A stretch of 63,727 nucleotides of DNA, the filler included, from Cercozoa sp. M6MM (Eukaryota; Protista; Endomyxa: Ascetosporea): the NCBI GenBank assembly GCA_040357565.1. It is 10 parts of 10 records of this genome, joined end to end, with 100 filler letters (N's around TTAATTAATTAA, not from the genome) between each part and the next. Parts side by side here need not be neighbours in the genome. Positions count along the whole stretch, not along the records: positions 1 to 17,195 come from JBDODJ010000268.1; positions 17,296 to 22,267 come from JBDODJ010001006.1; positions 22,368 to 27,185 come from JBDODJ010001043.1; 7 more parts are not named here. One strand, 5' to 3'. Below, piece after piece: positions 12,919 through 24,684 of this stretch (position 1 is its first letter; each line of letters opens with the position of its first letter). Below the pieces are notes generated by a model that was not told the origin of the DNA, did no database searches, and saw only the letters and a program-made list of their open reading frames with translations. A program made the translations under genes and the position numbers.

Positions 12919-15900
12919 GGTATGGCGGGGTTTTTCGAGGCAAAATCGGATAATACCGCACTCAAATTGCTTTTATTGGATATTGTCGGATCTGTTTCCT
13001 GCACAGATTGACCGTTTAGTGTGTCTAACATGTTGCCTGTTAAGAATTTAACTCATTCTAGTACTTTTAAGACGGGCTCAGAATGTAGGCCTGAGCATTT
13101 TTCTGTTTTATCTTGCGATTTTTCAGTTTTTTTGCCTGAGAAAGTACCCTTTTTTGTCATGTCTACGCGTTGTTTACAGCAGTTGGACGACTTTTTCGAC
13201 CGTTTTACGTTCGACAGAGCCTTTCCGAACGATGGGTCGTTATTTCCTTTCGTGTTAGAGCGTTTTTTCGGTCCAAATGCAGGACGGTGGCCCACCTGCT
13301 GCCGCGGTCACTCGAAAAACAACATGCGAGTGCGAGTGAAGCTGTTGAATGGTAATTGACAAACGCGTGTATGGGTGTTGGTGTGTATTGTTCTTGCTTG
13401 TGCTTGGGGCTGTGTGTTTAGCTTACTCGCGTATTTAAAATGTGCTCTTTGATGCTTGTTTAGAGAGTGCAGGGAGAGCACATGCTCATCACAGCGCGAG
13501 TTCTTCCAGTACCAAGCTCGGAACACGCTGGTTCCATCCGTCACTGCAAGACTTTGTGGCGCTTGGAAAACTCACGACGTTCAAGAAGTTTTTGAAGAAA
13601 AAGCAACAATTTGCTGAGTCGATGTCGACAGTGTTGCTGCCCCAAAGTGCTGTCTTTCGTGTTGCTTTTGTTTGTGACAAGTGCAAACGGTATTTAATGC
13701 ATTTGCCTTGACATTGTCGTCGAATAGTATGCATGTCTGCGATAGAGAAAAGCAGCTGCGTGATTGTGGCATTCCGAACTTCTTCGCTCCCCACCGCAAG
13801 CAACTCCACGAAGTACTCCGAGTTGTCCAGTGCGTCTGCCGAAAGCGCCGTGTGAGTGAAATTCAAGACGAAACTGGGCTCGGCAAAGACTTCATTCGCA
13901 GCGTCAAGAAGCACGTGTTTCAAGTGATGTACATGGCAGAAGTGGCACGCGAGAAGCAAAAGAAAATGAGTGGTCTCACCGAGGTATAGGATACCACACT
14001 TTAGCTTTCATTCAGTACTTACATGCGTAACCAGGTATTACTTTACATTTAGGTTGATGAGATGGGTGTGGGGCAGCCAAAGTTTCACATCGGTCACCGT
14101 GGTCGCCTGGCTGGAACAATGTGGGTACTCACTTTCGCGGAAGTGTCGGAGGTACGCACATGGCCCAGTCTTTTCCGCGTTTGCATATACGCGATGTCAT
14201 GTTGTTGCACAGACGACGCGCGACAACGGGACGAAAAAACGCGAGGTCGAAGAAGTTCGCTGGACGCTTGTGCCAAAGCGCGACAGTGACACGATTGGAC
14301 GGCATGTGCGCCAGCACATTGAACCCAAAACCATCATACAGGTATCGATTAAACACCGATTTGTGTTGTAAGTTGTAGTTTGTTTGCTAGACCGACAAAT
14401 GGCGAGCCTACTCCGAGTCGACGTCTCTTGTTGGCATGCAGCATTACCAGTGCAACCACTCCTCAATCAGGTACAGCATATTCTACTAGGTCAACAACAT
14501 CTTGCTGTTGTAAATTTATCTGGGGGTTCGATTTATGGCAGCACATTTTCGCGAACTGCCGCGGATGGCCAACTGGTGCACATCAACAGCGCTGAGGGTA
14601 TGCACAGCGTCGGCAAGCGATACTCAAGACGGATGAACGCACTACAGTCCGCCCGCACGCCTTCTGATGTTTGCTTGGCAATCAAGGCACTCCAATGGTA
14701 AGTTTAAGTTACTGTACCATCATGAAATGTAGAGCCTGTTCAAAAAACGTGTTTCCGCTTCTGGTAGGTTCATGAACTGCATCAAAATGGAAGCAAAGCA
14801 GCGCTGGTCTCGCTTGCTGGACGCGATGGTGGAGTATGGAGGTGAAGACATCAATGAGAACTACACCGACAGTGACAAAGAGTGGATGCTGTACTACGAG
14901 GATCGCATTCAACAAGCAAAGCTTGAACGCTCCAGAAACAACAGTGACACTGTAATTTGCTGTATTTCAAGGATACTGTTGTTTCATCTATCGTGCACTG
15001 GTAGGCCGAACCGACGAGCAATCTTCAAGAACAAGTCGAGCGAAGCTTGGCGCGAGCCGTCGAAGGCCCTGAAGATGAAGCAGCTCTGTTGAGTGACGTG
15101 TCACATGAGGACGAGACCAACGAGTTTGGTGATGAAACTTCTTGCACTGACTCGAGTGATGGCGATGAAAGCCCGTGTCTTCATCGACCTTCACGCCAAG
15201 TCGCACGACAGGGGCTGGTGCAGCGTCGCCTAGATGATGCTGCGATGCGCATGGAGGATGACGATTATTTTAACGCACGTGTTAGTGGTTAAATGTGTTC
15301 GCTATATGAGAATTCATACAAAAACTTCGCAAAAAAGAAAAAAAACGATATTTCGAGTCGGAATTTTACTTGATAAATTCCCATGTTGAGAATTATCAAG
15401 TCTGAAAAAACTGGAAAATAAACCTCTCTAACGTCGACGGTGCCGCTTTAAATTGTGTTCAGAGAGTGTCTTGGACTAATGTTGGTGCGTATCTAACAGT
15501 TTTGGCTCGGTTTCTGCAGGAAACAGATCCGCCATTAACCGCTTTTATTAGATGTACCACTGTATGCCCTGTTGTTAAAACAGTATTTTGTCACTACTAG
15601 TAAGCTCGAATCGGCGGTTTAGTGCGTTTTGATTCAGCAATTTCGAAAAAAGTCCGAAAAATTCTGTCATCCAAATGCGCTGTCGATGTTTTACTGTTTT
15701 TGCCCGTTTTACATTCAAATAAGCTCAAAATCCGAGGCTGAGTCGTCATCATCATCACTTTCGCCTATTATGTGCTCCAGAATACGACAGAGTGCATTCC
15801 GCTCTGCGCACATTGTCTTTTGTGCCCGCTGCCGCTTCGGTGGAGGCTGCGTCACCTCAACACGTTTAGGCAGGTCACTTGCTGTACGGCGATCTAAACA

Positions 15901-16017
15901 CAAATCAGAATCTTTGTGAGGCTTAAATACCGCTTAAACAACGATTTTCAGTGAAAATCTAGCGCTGTGCAAATGGCGATTTGATTCTGATCTTGCCTCG
16001 AAAAACCCCGCCATACC
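12919..16017 (+). mobile_element. Merlin / IS1595 (ISXO2-like) superfamily DNA transposon, 3099 bp
   Basis: Perfect 25-bp TIRs: GGTATGGCGGGGTTTTTCGAGGCAA (12919-12943) and its reverse complement (15993-16017), extending to about 32 bp with 2 mismatches. GG-starting TIRs enclose a DDE transposase. Confidence 0.9.
13159..15292 (+). CDS. intron-containing Merlin/IS1595-family DDE transposase
   Basis: Spliced translation: FVCDKCKR|EKQLRDCGIPNFF...SGLTE|VDEMGVG...MWVLTFAEVSE|...LVPKRDSDTIGRHVRQHIEPKTIIQ|TDKWRAY...HYQCNHSS|...VHINSAEGMHSVGKR...LQ|WFMN. This matches the IS1595 motifs E(V)DE, TDxWxxY, HxxVNHS and VHTNxxEG. Introns at 13984-14052, 14152-14212, 14342-14390, 14471-14541, 14698-14767 and 14952-15004. 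N-terminal exons are uncertain. Confidence 0.85.
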
Positions 16018-16739
16018 AACTACAGTAAACAGGGATCTCAGTGCCGATAAAACTTGAGCCAACAAGTAGATTTCATACTGATCAGTATACAAAGATGGCA
16101 CGTTTCACTGACCTCCAATATGTGCTCTATAAAATAAATAAGATTTACACTCGCCGTATGCAGAGCATCATTAGCGATCGGGCGCGTTGAGTGAAAATCG
16201 GGTTTCGTTGGCGGAAAAAAACATGAGTGCTAAGCCAGTGATAAGTCGTCGAGTCAACGTTGAAATTGAAGACGAAATACTCCTACTGGGTCTCGAGGTG
16301 ATCCCACTGGATCCCAACCGAAGGAAGCGTCCTTGGTCGTAATGCGTGAAAGAAAACTCCGCCTGTGAACACACACGACGAAGTGAGTGGAAATGGAACC
16401 AGCCAATGAGCCGACTGACCAGGTTGGAGCCGTCACGGAGCTTTCTGCTTCTCTGCAAGGACTCTGTCCAGGCAAGATCAACAGCTCCAGCAATCCACTG
16501 AGTCAGTAGTTAGGTCTCAGAGCAAGGTACCAACCAAGACACTCATAAACTTCTCTCAATCCTTCTTTCTTGGTTGAGACGTGGTCAAGACCTCCACGCG
16601 GACGGGTCAAGGCAATGCCTACTGTAAGTCTGCAGTAACACCTCACCCCTCCGAAGCTAATTGTCGCAGGGTTTTTCGAGCGCGTCAGCCGAATTGGTTT
16701 AACAGGGAGCGACTGACGTCGATGCTTTTGTCTGCTCGA

Positions 16740-17040
16740 CAGTGGAGGTTCGTTTTCGCACGCGAGAGTAGTCAACGCCAAAGTAAGGTTTCAAGGTGCG
16801 AACGTTGATGCTTCAAGCAGTAGTTCAGTCCCTTGTTCAGTCGCTCCACGACTACCCAAGGTCCTGACCAACGCGGCTGAAACTTCTTTGTGACACGTGG
16901 TTGTCCAACTAGAGGCGGCACTTTGGAGACATTAAACCACACGAGGTCGCCAGCTCCATATGCAACTGGTTGCTGCTCTGAGTTTCATGTTGCGTAAACC
17001 TTTGCTTGTTCTCGTTGATGTATATCCGCGAGTCGGCGTA
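16740..17040 (-). pseudogene. degenerate Ty3/Gypsy- or Ginger-type integrase C-terminal (GPY/F, SH3-like) fragment
   Basis: Reads YGAGDLVWFN...KKFQPRWSGPWVVVERLNKGLNYCL, then frameshifts to NVRTLKPYF. This matches the GDxVW...KLxPRWxGPY..V...HVxxLKPY pattern. Frameshifts are present. Confidence 0.7.
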
Positions 17041-17195
17041 AGGGATGAAGTATACGTCGCACGTTGGTGGAATAAGTTTTTATATCTTTGAGTGCTTTGT
17101 CACGTCAGTTTTCGCAATATAAGTTTACTTCTTTTTAGCGCGTTCTTCTGGTAGGAATGTGAGAATCAACATTCTGCGGTCGGACGAGCGAAACA

Positions 17196-17295
17196 NNNNN
17201 NNNNNNNNNNNNNNNNNNNNNNNNNNNNNNNNNNNNNNNTTAATTAATTAANNNNNNNNNNNNNNNNNNNNNNNNNNNNNNNNNNNNNNNNNNNN
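17196..17295. other. artificial contig spacer (N44-TTAATTAATTAA-N44)
   Basis: Identical six-frame-stop spacers also at 22268-22367, 27186-27285, 35895-35994, 47729-47828, 54345-54444, 57458-57557, 58911-59010 and 62297-62396. Plain scaffold gaps at 27344-27353 and 48341-48440. Confidence 0.98.
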
Positions 17296-17342
<47 letters not shown>

Positions 17343-17399
17343 GCACAAGTCAGGTGAGTACAAGTTTAGCAAAGGACAGCAAATGTACCGACACAAAGC

Positions 17400-19085
17400 A
17401 CAGGCCGTGCACCGCCATAAATCAACGCAAGCTGCGATGCTGTGCAGGCCACCAGAGTTGCCACACGTGCCTGTTCAACAATACATCAGTCATGATTAAA
17501 AGCTATAACTGCAGACAGCTCATACCATGCGACGCGACTTTTTGCGCAACATCTGACGCACAATGGGTGCACCCGCAAACACCTGCATCAACAACTCTTG
17601 CATTAACAGCTGACAAGACAACAGTTGCGTACCTGAAAGGCGAGCAAAATGAAGGCGAACTGAACGAAACAGCAACCTGTAAAGGCTTTGAATACAAGAC
17701 AGAACATGGTCGTACAACAAGCATCGGTGACGATAGACGACTGGCCAGAAGCACACTCGCCAGAATGCCCGCGTTCAACTGCCCAACACGGACACATACC
17801 TTGAGAGAATAAAATGAGACAAGCACAGTGTTGAGGTACGCTCAGAGTGCCGCCAAAGAAGGGTGAAACATGTGGAGGACTGCCTTTCTTCTTCTCTTGT
17901 CTGAAAGCACAGTGTTCCAATAGGTTTAATTTAAAAAAAAGAAAACAATGCACGGAACAGAATCGGTATCATCGGGGAGCGAGTCTTCCAGTGACACGGG
18001 CAGAAGTGCATCGGCACCTGGCACAACTTCTTCCCTGCAACCAAAAACTGAAGTGTTTCAATAAAGGCGACAGAAGAAGTACCCATTCATAGCGACGTTG
18101 TTGTTGTTGCCGCTGTTGTTGCTGTTTTCTTCCGCCGTTAGATTTCGTACCGTTAGATTTCGTACGTTCATGTTTGTTTTCTCCTTGTCTGGACGTCAAA
18201 CACCTGCTTTTATTTTCTTTGTTGCGAAAAAGGAAACACACCTTCCGTCGGTGCTGGGGCCGAGAAGTCATGTCCAAACACGTTGATGCCCAACAGAATC
18301 AGCGTGAGGGCCCAAACCGTGTCGCCACTGCGATTCCATAAACCGGAATACTTTGAACAACGAAAGCAGCAAGTTTGCTACCTGTAAGCAACGGTGAGTG
18401 TCTGCAGCACAGGTGACAAAGCGAGCAGCAGCGCAAGCAACACGACTATCCTTCGGCAGCTGCGAAAGCATATGATGTATGCATCACAAACACATGGACG
18501 TGTGCGAAAAATACATGGCAGCGACGTTTTCGTGGTATGCACATATCCTGTGCACGATCTGTACGAGAAAAATTGCAATCAGTTTCAGCAACAGAAAACA
18601 ATTAAAACCAGATGCACCATTCCCAAGCCAAGCAAGATTGCGTCCAATACAAGCAAGCCTGAGACGTACACGACACTGAAACGGGTTTTAAAGCCGAGTT
18701 AAACGGCAACGGTACCTCTAGAATCAATCCTCCCGCCGTTGACAAGGTCAAAAACAGCCTGCAACTCAAGCGGAAAATACAAGAATCAAAGTCTCCTGGA
18801 AGCAAGTAAGAACAGTTACCAAAAAGGACAGCACCGCACTAGCATGCTGTGCAACTGGCGCCGTTGAGAGAGCCTACAGTTTTCATCAGAAGGTTAGGCA
18901 AACAGGAAATTTAAAGGCGGCGAAACGCCTTATTACTAACGATATACCAGGGTAGTGTAAGCCCGCGGCCGCACATTCGCGTTGCGCACCATGAGTGATA
19001 GGAAGGATGCATCGGTGTAGTTGTCCTCAAAGGGTTGCTGCAGCCACAACACGCGGCGCCAGTGCGCCGATGATCGTGTGCCCAT
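17400..19085 (-). CDS. PIGC: phosphatidylinositol N-acetylglucosaminyltransferase subunit C (GPI anchor biosynthesis), 3' end probably truncated
   Basis: Exons MGTRSSAHWRRVLWLQQPFEDNYTDASFLSLMVRN, LLLALSPVLQTLTVAY, GDTVWALTLILLGINVFGHDF and LNAGILASVLLASRLSS match the conserved PIG-C/Gpi2 motifs WxKVLYxxQPFPDNY, LSPVLxTLT and SLNAxxFASVxLASRL. Confidence 0.88.
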
Positions 19086-19430
19086 GACACAATCCAATAA
19101 ACACTCTGATCTTTCGCGCCTTCAATCTTTCGCGGCTCACCACTACACTCTATGAACACAGCAACAGCACGCACGCGTGCGGGCACACCTGCTGCCTGTT
19201 TCTGCTGAGGATTGGCTTTTTTGTATTTTTCTTAATATTTTCTATGCGAAGTTTCGTACCTCTTCGATCTAACCTGCAGCTGCGCAGACGTGTGTTGGAA
19301 TAAAGTCAAGTTGTTTGAGCTCATCGAATTAGCAATCGGCCCTGTTTTTGCAGCCCGCAAAGCAGGTCCGACCCGAGAACGAAAGCACGTGATTCTTCTT
19401 CCCCAGTTCAGTTTTGAGAGGTGAACAATA

Positions 19431-20486
19431 ATGTTTCGCGCTTTGATGAGCGCCTATGTGACGCGATTGCGTCAGAAGCCATACACGTACGTTAGTCTGT
19501 TTTGTTGGAAGCGACAAAAAGGTAATGCGAGGATCTGAGCAGAACCAACATGTGCTCGAGTGCGATCGTGATGTTCTCGGGCGATATTCTCGCGCAGTGT
19601 CTCGCGAAAGGTACTTCTGACATTGTCGGGTACGTTCAGTGCATCTAACCGTACAACTGGTAGATAACGTGACAGCACTGGAGGGCATCAACTGGCATCG
19701 AACGTTTCTTATGACAGCGTGGAGTTCACTCGCCTTCTCGCCGATGTGGACGCGCTATTTTGGCGTGCTGGACCGATTCTTTGGCGTGAAGCCCACCGTA
19801 CTTTGGTTCAATCATTTTTGTTTCTTCCTTTGATTCCTTTTTTTAGGTGAAAGCACTGATCGGCAAAAATCTCTGTACGATCGGTTTCATGGCGCCTTTC
19901 ACGAACTTGTGTTTCATTTCGGCTGTCACTTTCTTTGAGAGTGCTTTGCTCAAATGGTATTGCACCTTAATTCCTTTTTCAACTCTTTATCTGTGCTTTT
20001 TTGTAAAGGGAAAGAAACGAAGTCTTCTGTTTCGATGAGGCACGACAGAGTGCCGAAAAAAACCTGCGCGACAAGTTTTGTAAATCGGCGCTAGTCTGTG
20101 TGAAATGACTTATTACATTTTGTGTTGTACAATGCACAGTGAAGGTTTGGCAATCCTCCGCACAGTTCTGGGTGCCCGTCAATACGTAAGTTACACTTCC
20201 GTATAATCAAAATATAAGAGAAAAACTGAACAATGTTTGCAGAGTGAACTGGCTCTTTATGCCGACCTACGCACGTGTCGTCTTCTCCAGCGTCGCGGCT
20301 TTCTTCTGGAACACCTACCTGTCCTACGTGCAACACCACCCGTCTGACAATGACGATGACTCAAACAGCGGCAACACGAACAGTCAACTCGAACTGCCCG
20401 ATGCAGAGCTGCAGTATCATGTCGGTGCCACCAATGTACTTGACAGACATCCGGACGTTGACAGGTCCTCGCCGTCTGCGGTCTAG
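19431..20486 (+). CDS. Mpv17/PMP22 family membrane protein (Sym1-like)
   Basis: Spliced: MFRALMSAYVTRLRQKPYT|TNMCSSAIVMFSGDILAQ|INWHRTFLM...|...FWVPVN|VNWLFMPTYARVVFSSVAAFFWNTYLSY. Contains the family motifs GDxxAQ, WxRT, FWxP.N and WNxYLS. Confidence 0.9.
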
Positions 20487-20979
20487 TCGAGTGCACCTGT
20501 GTGAAGTTTCTTCTGTACGGTTACGTACGAGACATGTCCCCGAGAACCCAGTGCCAGTAATTACCCGGTAATTTCCGTGACAAAATCGGTCAAACGTCGT
20601 CTAATAGCCCTTTAAGTAGCATTTTCGGGGGTTTTAATATAATTCACAGTGCCCGGGACCTTTAGATTCGTTTACGGAGCAGTGTAGGCGATTTTTGTTG
20701 AAATGCTCAAAAAATATTGGCTGCCTGGATTTTTTCGCCCCGGTTTTGTTTGCATTTTACAGTTTTTTTCGTGTTTTTCTGTTTTCCAGGCGTTAACAGT
20801 CCTTGTTATACCCTGAAGATGCTCAATAATGTTCGCTTTTAAGGGAAACCGCCCATGGGGGCGTTTTCTGCAGAAATTAGAATTTTTTTTTGCAGAAATT
20901 TGATTACTTTGGAAGGAAATTAGATTTATCGTATATAAAAGTGACACCGCATGGAGTAAAGTTTACATGCTTAAATTCA

Positions 20980-22267
20980 GTTAGTAGATGTTATCGCCGT
21001 AGAGGTTGCCGGGCGACCATGTTGTGAAACGTTGCCGGTTGAGCAGCCACACCTGTGTACCTCGCTTAAGTCCGAGATCCAGCAGCGATCGCACGGACGG
21101 AGCACGGCGGTGCATCTTTGGGTGATAGGAGGTGTACCGTGCGCGTGCATTGTCCAAAGTCACGAAACGCGGCATGTCGGTGTCGATAGAACCTGGGACA
21201 GAGCATTTCAAGAGGCCAGTGTAGTTGCACCGTTCGGCGGTGCCACACATCTGCACAATGAAGCCGCGTCGCATCATTGACCTCAACGATGTCTTTCACG
21301 AGAACGAGGGAGTCATCTGCAAGTTCAATGATTGCGCCTGACGTGATGCGCACTCCCTAAGCACAGTGAAACGAGGGTGAATTTTAAGTGCGGCAGCAAG
21401 CGTGGAGAGAACTATAAGCAGCATGTGTACCAATACGACGAGGCGGCTGACCTGCCCAGTGCAAGTCACCTCGAATGTGTTGGCGTTTTCATCCCACACC
21501 GAAATGACGTGAACTTTGTCGTACTCGACCTTGCAACTTCGCGATGCATATCTACGGAACATTTTATTCAGATGAAGGGTACAATGTATTTTCAAGATAG
21601 GGAAGTTCGGAAGGTTGAATTCTTACGTCTGTCGCTTTGTTCATCATGTGGCGGTACTCAGGGTGCAGTGTTTCAGCTGCGTTCGTGAGAGCCATGCGTG
21701 CCATGTACGCCAGCACCACTTCAGCCGATCTGTTGGCATGTCGGAGCGCAAGGACCTTGGCGAACTTAAGTTTAAACATCGCTACCAACAAGCATGGCCG
21801 AGGACTAATCCATGGCGCGACATACTATTTGCAGTCGGAGGAAACCTGTACCTTCGAAATCAAAGTGTTGTCAACGCGCATGCTTGCGTGACTGCGAGTG
21901 TTCCGACTGGAATGCATGTCGTCGTGGTCATTCGAGGAAAGATGTCACCCAGGACCGAGTATTCTCATTTTCGCGCGCTTCGATGCCGCACGAACGTTTT
22001 TCAGTTCCAGTAGGTCGTCTTCAGTATAGAAAAACTAAAACTGCTCGCAAACCATTGCGTACTTCGACATAGCTGCCACCAGCACCAGAGCAAACTTGTC
22101 GTCGCCTTCCTACGCAAAGTCCTCAAACAGCTTTGACTCTAAACGCCAGTACGAAATGAGAGCTGGTATTCCCCCTAACACCTTGTGGCGATCCACAATT
22201 CGTAACTTACGCATACCTTGCGTCACATTGTCACGCAAATTGGCCAGCGTGTGCTGCGGTATGCAGT
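20980..22267 (-). pseudogene. probable CACTA/EnSpm(Plavaka)-like transposase C-terminal pseudogene
   Basis: One frame interrupted by TAG, TAG and TGA reads ...YTEDDLLELKNVRAASKRAKMRILG...NDHDDMHSSRNTRSHASMRVDNTLISK, resembling the NxHxxxH...T...E region of CMC transposases. Candidate termini are CCCAGTG at 20548 or CACAGTG at 20645. The family assignment is an inference. Confidence 0.4.
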
Positions 22268-22399
22268 NNNNNNNNNNNNNNNNNNNNNNNNNNNNNNNNN
22301 NNNNNNNNNNNTTAATTAATTAANNNNNNNNNNNNNNNNNNNNNNNNNNNNNNNNNNNNNNNNNNNNAAATGGGGGGAAAGGTGTGGGGGGGGGGGGCT

Positions 22400-23447
22400 A
22401 AAGTACTGGAACACGACGGTATCGTCTGAGCCCTCAAACACCGAGTCGCTACCGCGTTCGAACGCCGCCGAGATCTCCGTGTTCCAGTTGCCATCTGAGG
22501 GGGGTAAAATGGGGGGAGGTAAGCGATGGTAAATGGGAGGGTAAATTGGGTTAAATAGGGGGTAAAATGGGGGTCAAAACGGCCGGTTTAAATGGGGTAA
22601 GAGGTAGGTGAGGGGGGGTAAAACGCACCGCCATTGTCTGGCACGGCAAAGGACGGAATCTCGAAACGGTTCGCGTCGGCGTTGGAGAACTTGACGCGCA
22701 CGACCTCTCTATCAGGGGGGAAGAAGATAAAGAAGAAGAAAGAAGAGAAAGAAGAAGATAAAAGGGGAGAAAGAGGGGTAAAACACAGTCTCACCGGTCG
22801 AGGAAGTCGATAGTGACCTTGACATTCGGCATGTCCTGACCGAACTGCGACAGACCCTTGTGCAGCTCGAGCGACAAATCCAGACCGCGGCCACGACGCT
22901 TCACGTCTGCAGGGGTAAAGGGGGTACAGGAGGGGGGTAAAGGGGGTACAGGAGGGGGGTAAAGAGGGTAAGGGGGTAAGGGGGTAAACACACCAGTGAG
23001 CGTGTACTGCGTCGACGCACTCGCGTGGAAGCACCACGGCGTGTTCGCGTCCTCTGCCGGGGGGGGGGGGGGAAAGGGGGAAAAAGGGTAAAAGTGCTGA
23101 AAGGGGGAAAGAAAATACCCGTCGGCGACCAGCAGCAGTTGCGACGCACGCACTCACCCTGTAGGGGGGGGGGTAAACGGGGGGTAAACGGGGGGTAAAC
23201 GGGCGGTAAAGGGTGCGAGGGCATAAACGTACCTCGTCGATGCCCATGTAACCGCAGTCGATGCGACCGAAGCGTGCCGCGCATTGCTCGCTGTTGGCGC
23301 TCAGGCTGAACAACAACGGCGTAGAAAAACGACAAATGGACGAGTGGAGAAACGCGCACACCTGTTGACAGACTTCACAAGACGATCGTCTTGCCCGTTG
23401 TCGGCCGCCGCAGCGCCCAGCAGGAGCGCCGACAGCAACAATCGCAT
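22400..23447 (-). CDS. 5' part of a GH31 alpha-glucosidase (GAA/MGAM-like) with trefoil domain
   Basis: Signal peptide MRLLLSALLLGAAAAD. Spliced trefoil QCAARFGRIDCGYMGIDE|GECVRRNCCWSPT|EDANTPWCF, followed by the N-terminal domain FGQDMPNVKVTIDFL...VVRVKFSNADANRFEIP. Truncated by the contig end. Confidence 0.85.
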
Positions 23448-23828
23448 CTGAAAACACTACACACGGTTCTGCACACACGCAACAGAACGCAGAGTGACTT
23501 GGTCTGAGGTCCGAGTCGACTTCAGCTGAGTGTTGTGAAACAATCAGTGATCAGATTCGCACTTTCGTGCTTTTGTCACAACAATGCGGTCAACACCCAC
23601 CCTGCTGGGCACCGATTCAGCTTGAAAGATGCGATCACTCCCAAAGATCCGAGTGTACGAGTTGTTGTCGGACTCGGATCGCACTCGCATCATCTTCTGA
23701 CCTCTGACCGAAATTGTACTATTCAGTACTGTTTTGTAGTCGTACGGTAAGTGAACAATTCAGTTGAGATGAACTAAAGTTACTCACATCCATCGCATCA
23801 GCAGGTGCCTGTGGGTTGTCTGGTCAAC

Positions 23829-24684
23829 TTAGTTCTGCGGCTCCTCATGCGACTGGCCGAGTTCCTCCACGCGGAAGAAGGTGGCGTTTTCGCTGTCCTC
23901 GACCATCTCACCTGCGGGGGAAAGTAGGGTAGGGAAGGAACAAGGAGGTAGGGAGGCAGAGTTACCGTTGGCCTCCATGCAGCCAAAGTGGAACTTGTGG
24001 TCGAACTCACAGTTACAGCCTACCAAACATGAGGGGGCATGGGGTAAAAAATAAAGCGGGTAAAGGGGTAATACCAGGGAAGCTGCAGGTGCGGCAGCGC
24101 AGCTCGACCGACGCGTTCTCGTCGTCCATGATGAGCGTGTTCTCGAAGTCGACGCACTTGGCCTTGTACCACTCGCGGTACACCTGCAGGGGGGGGGGTA
24201 GGTAAACGAGGAATGGTCAACCGGTAAAGGGGCAAACGCACCTTGCCGTAGCCGTCGCGCACCTTAAGGTCGAACTTGGTCATCGACACCTGCACGAGGG
24301 GGTAAAAGGGGGTAAAGAGGGGGTAAAGAGGGCGTGAAAAGGCAAAGAGATAAAGCGGACAAAAAGGGATGGGACGCGGTTAAAATATACCTTGGTGTTG
24401 ACGATACGCACAACGGCGCGCTCGCCAGGCTCGCAGCGCTTGCCCCAGACCTGTAGTTGGGGGAAGTAAAGGGTGACAAGGGGCACAGGCGAGTACAGCG
24501 TGCAATACAAGCATCGAGCCGTCGCCAAAGACGCGCGTCGACTTGCAGCCGTGGCACTTGCCTGAGCACCCACCCAATCAGATCAGTCAAGTCAAGTCAG
24601 AAGTCAGACCAGTCTCTTCGAGAACATACAAGCCTCGGCAACAGCAGCGGCCGAAGCCAGAGCGGCGATAACAGCGACTTTCAT
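23829..24684 (-). CDS. small secreted Cys-rich hypothetical protein (about 7 exons)
   Basis: Signal MKVAVIAALASAAAVAEA, then KCHGCKSTRVFGDGSML|VWGKRCEPGERAVVRIVNTK|VSMTKFDLKVRDGYGK|VYREWYKAKCVDFENTL...CRTCSF|LVGCNCEFDHKFHFGCMEAN|GEMVED...QN*. Confidence 0.7.

Noticed and set aside
20645-20651. RSS heptamer / Transib terminus CACAGTG
   Set aside because: A single 7-mer with no nonamer, partner TIR or RAG1-like motifs. It is kept only as a candidate CACTA-like end.
21930-22115. In-frame TAG/TGA suggesting stop-codon reassignment
   Set aside because: Conserved genes terminate normally with TAG (PCBD, Mpv17), TGA (S6K-like, rhomboid) and TAA (Rtf2) and show no internal stops once spliced. This locus is a pseudogene.
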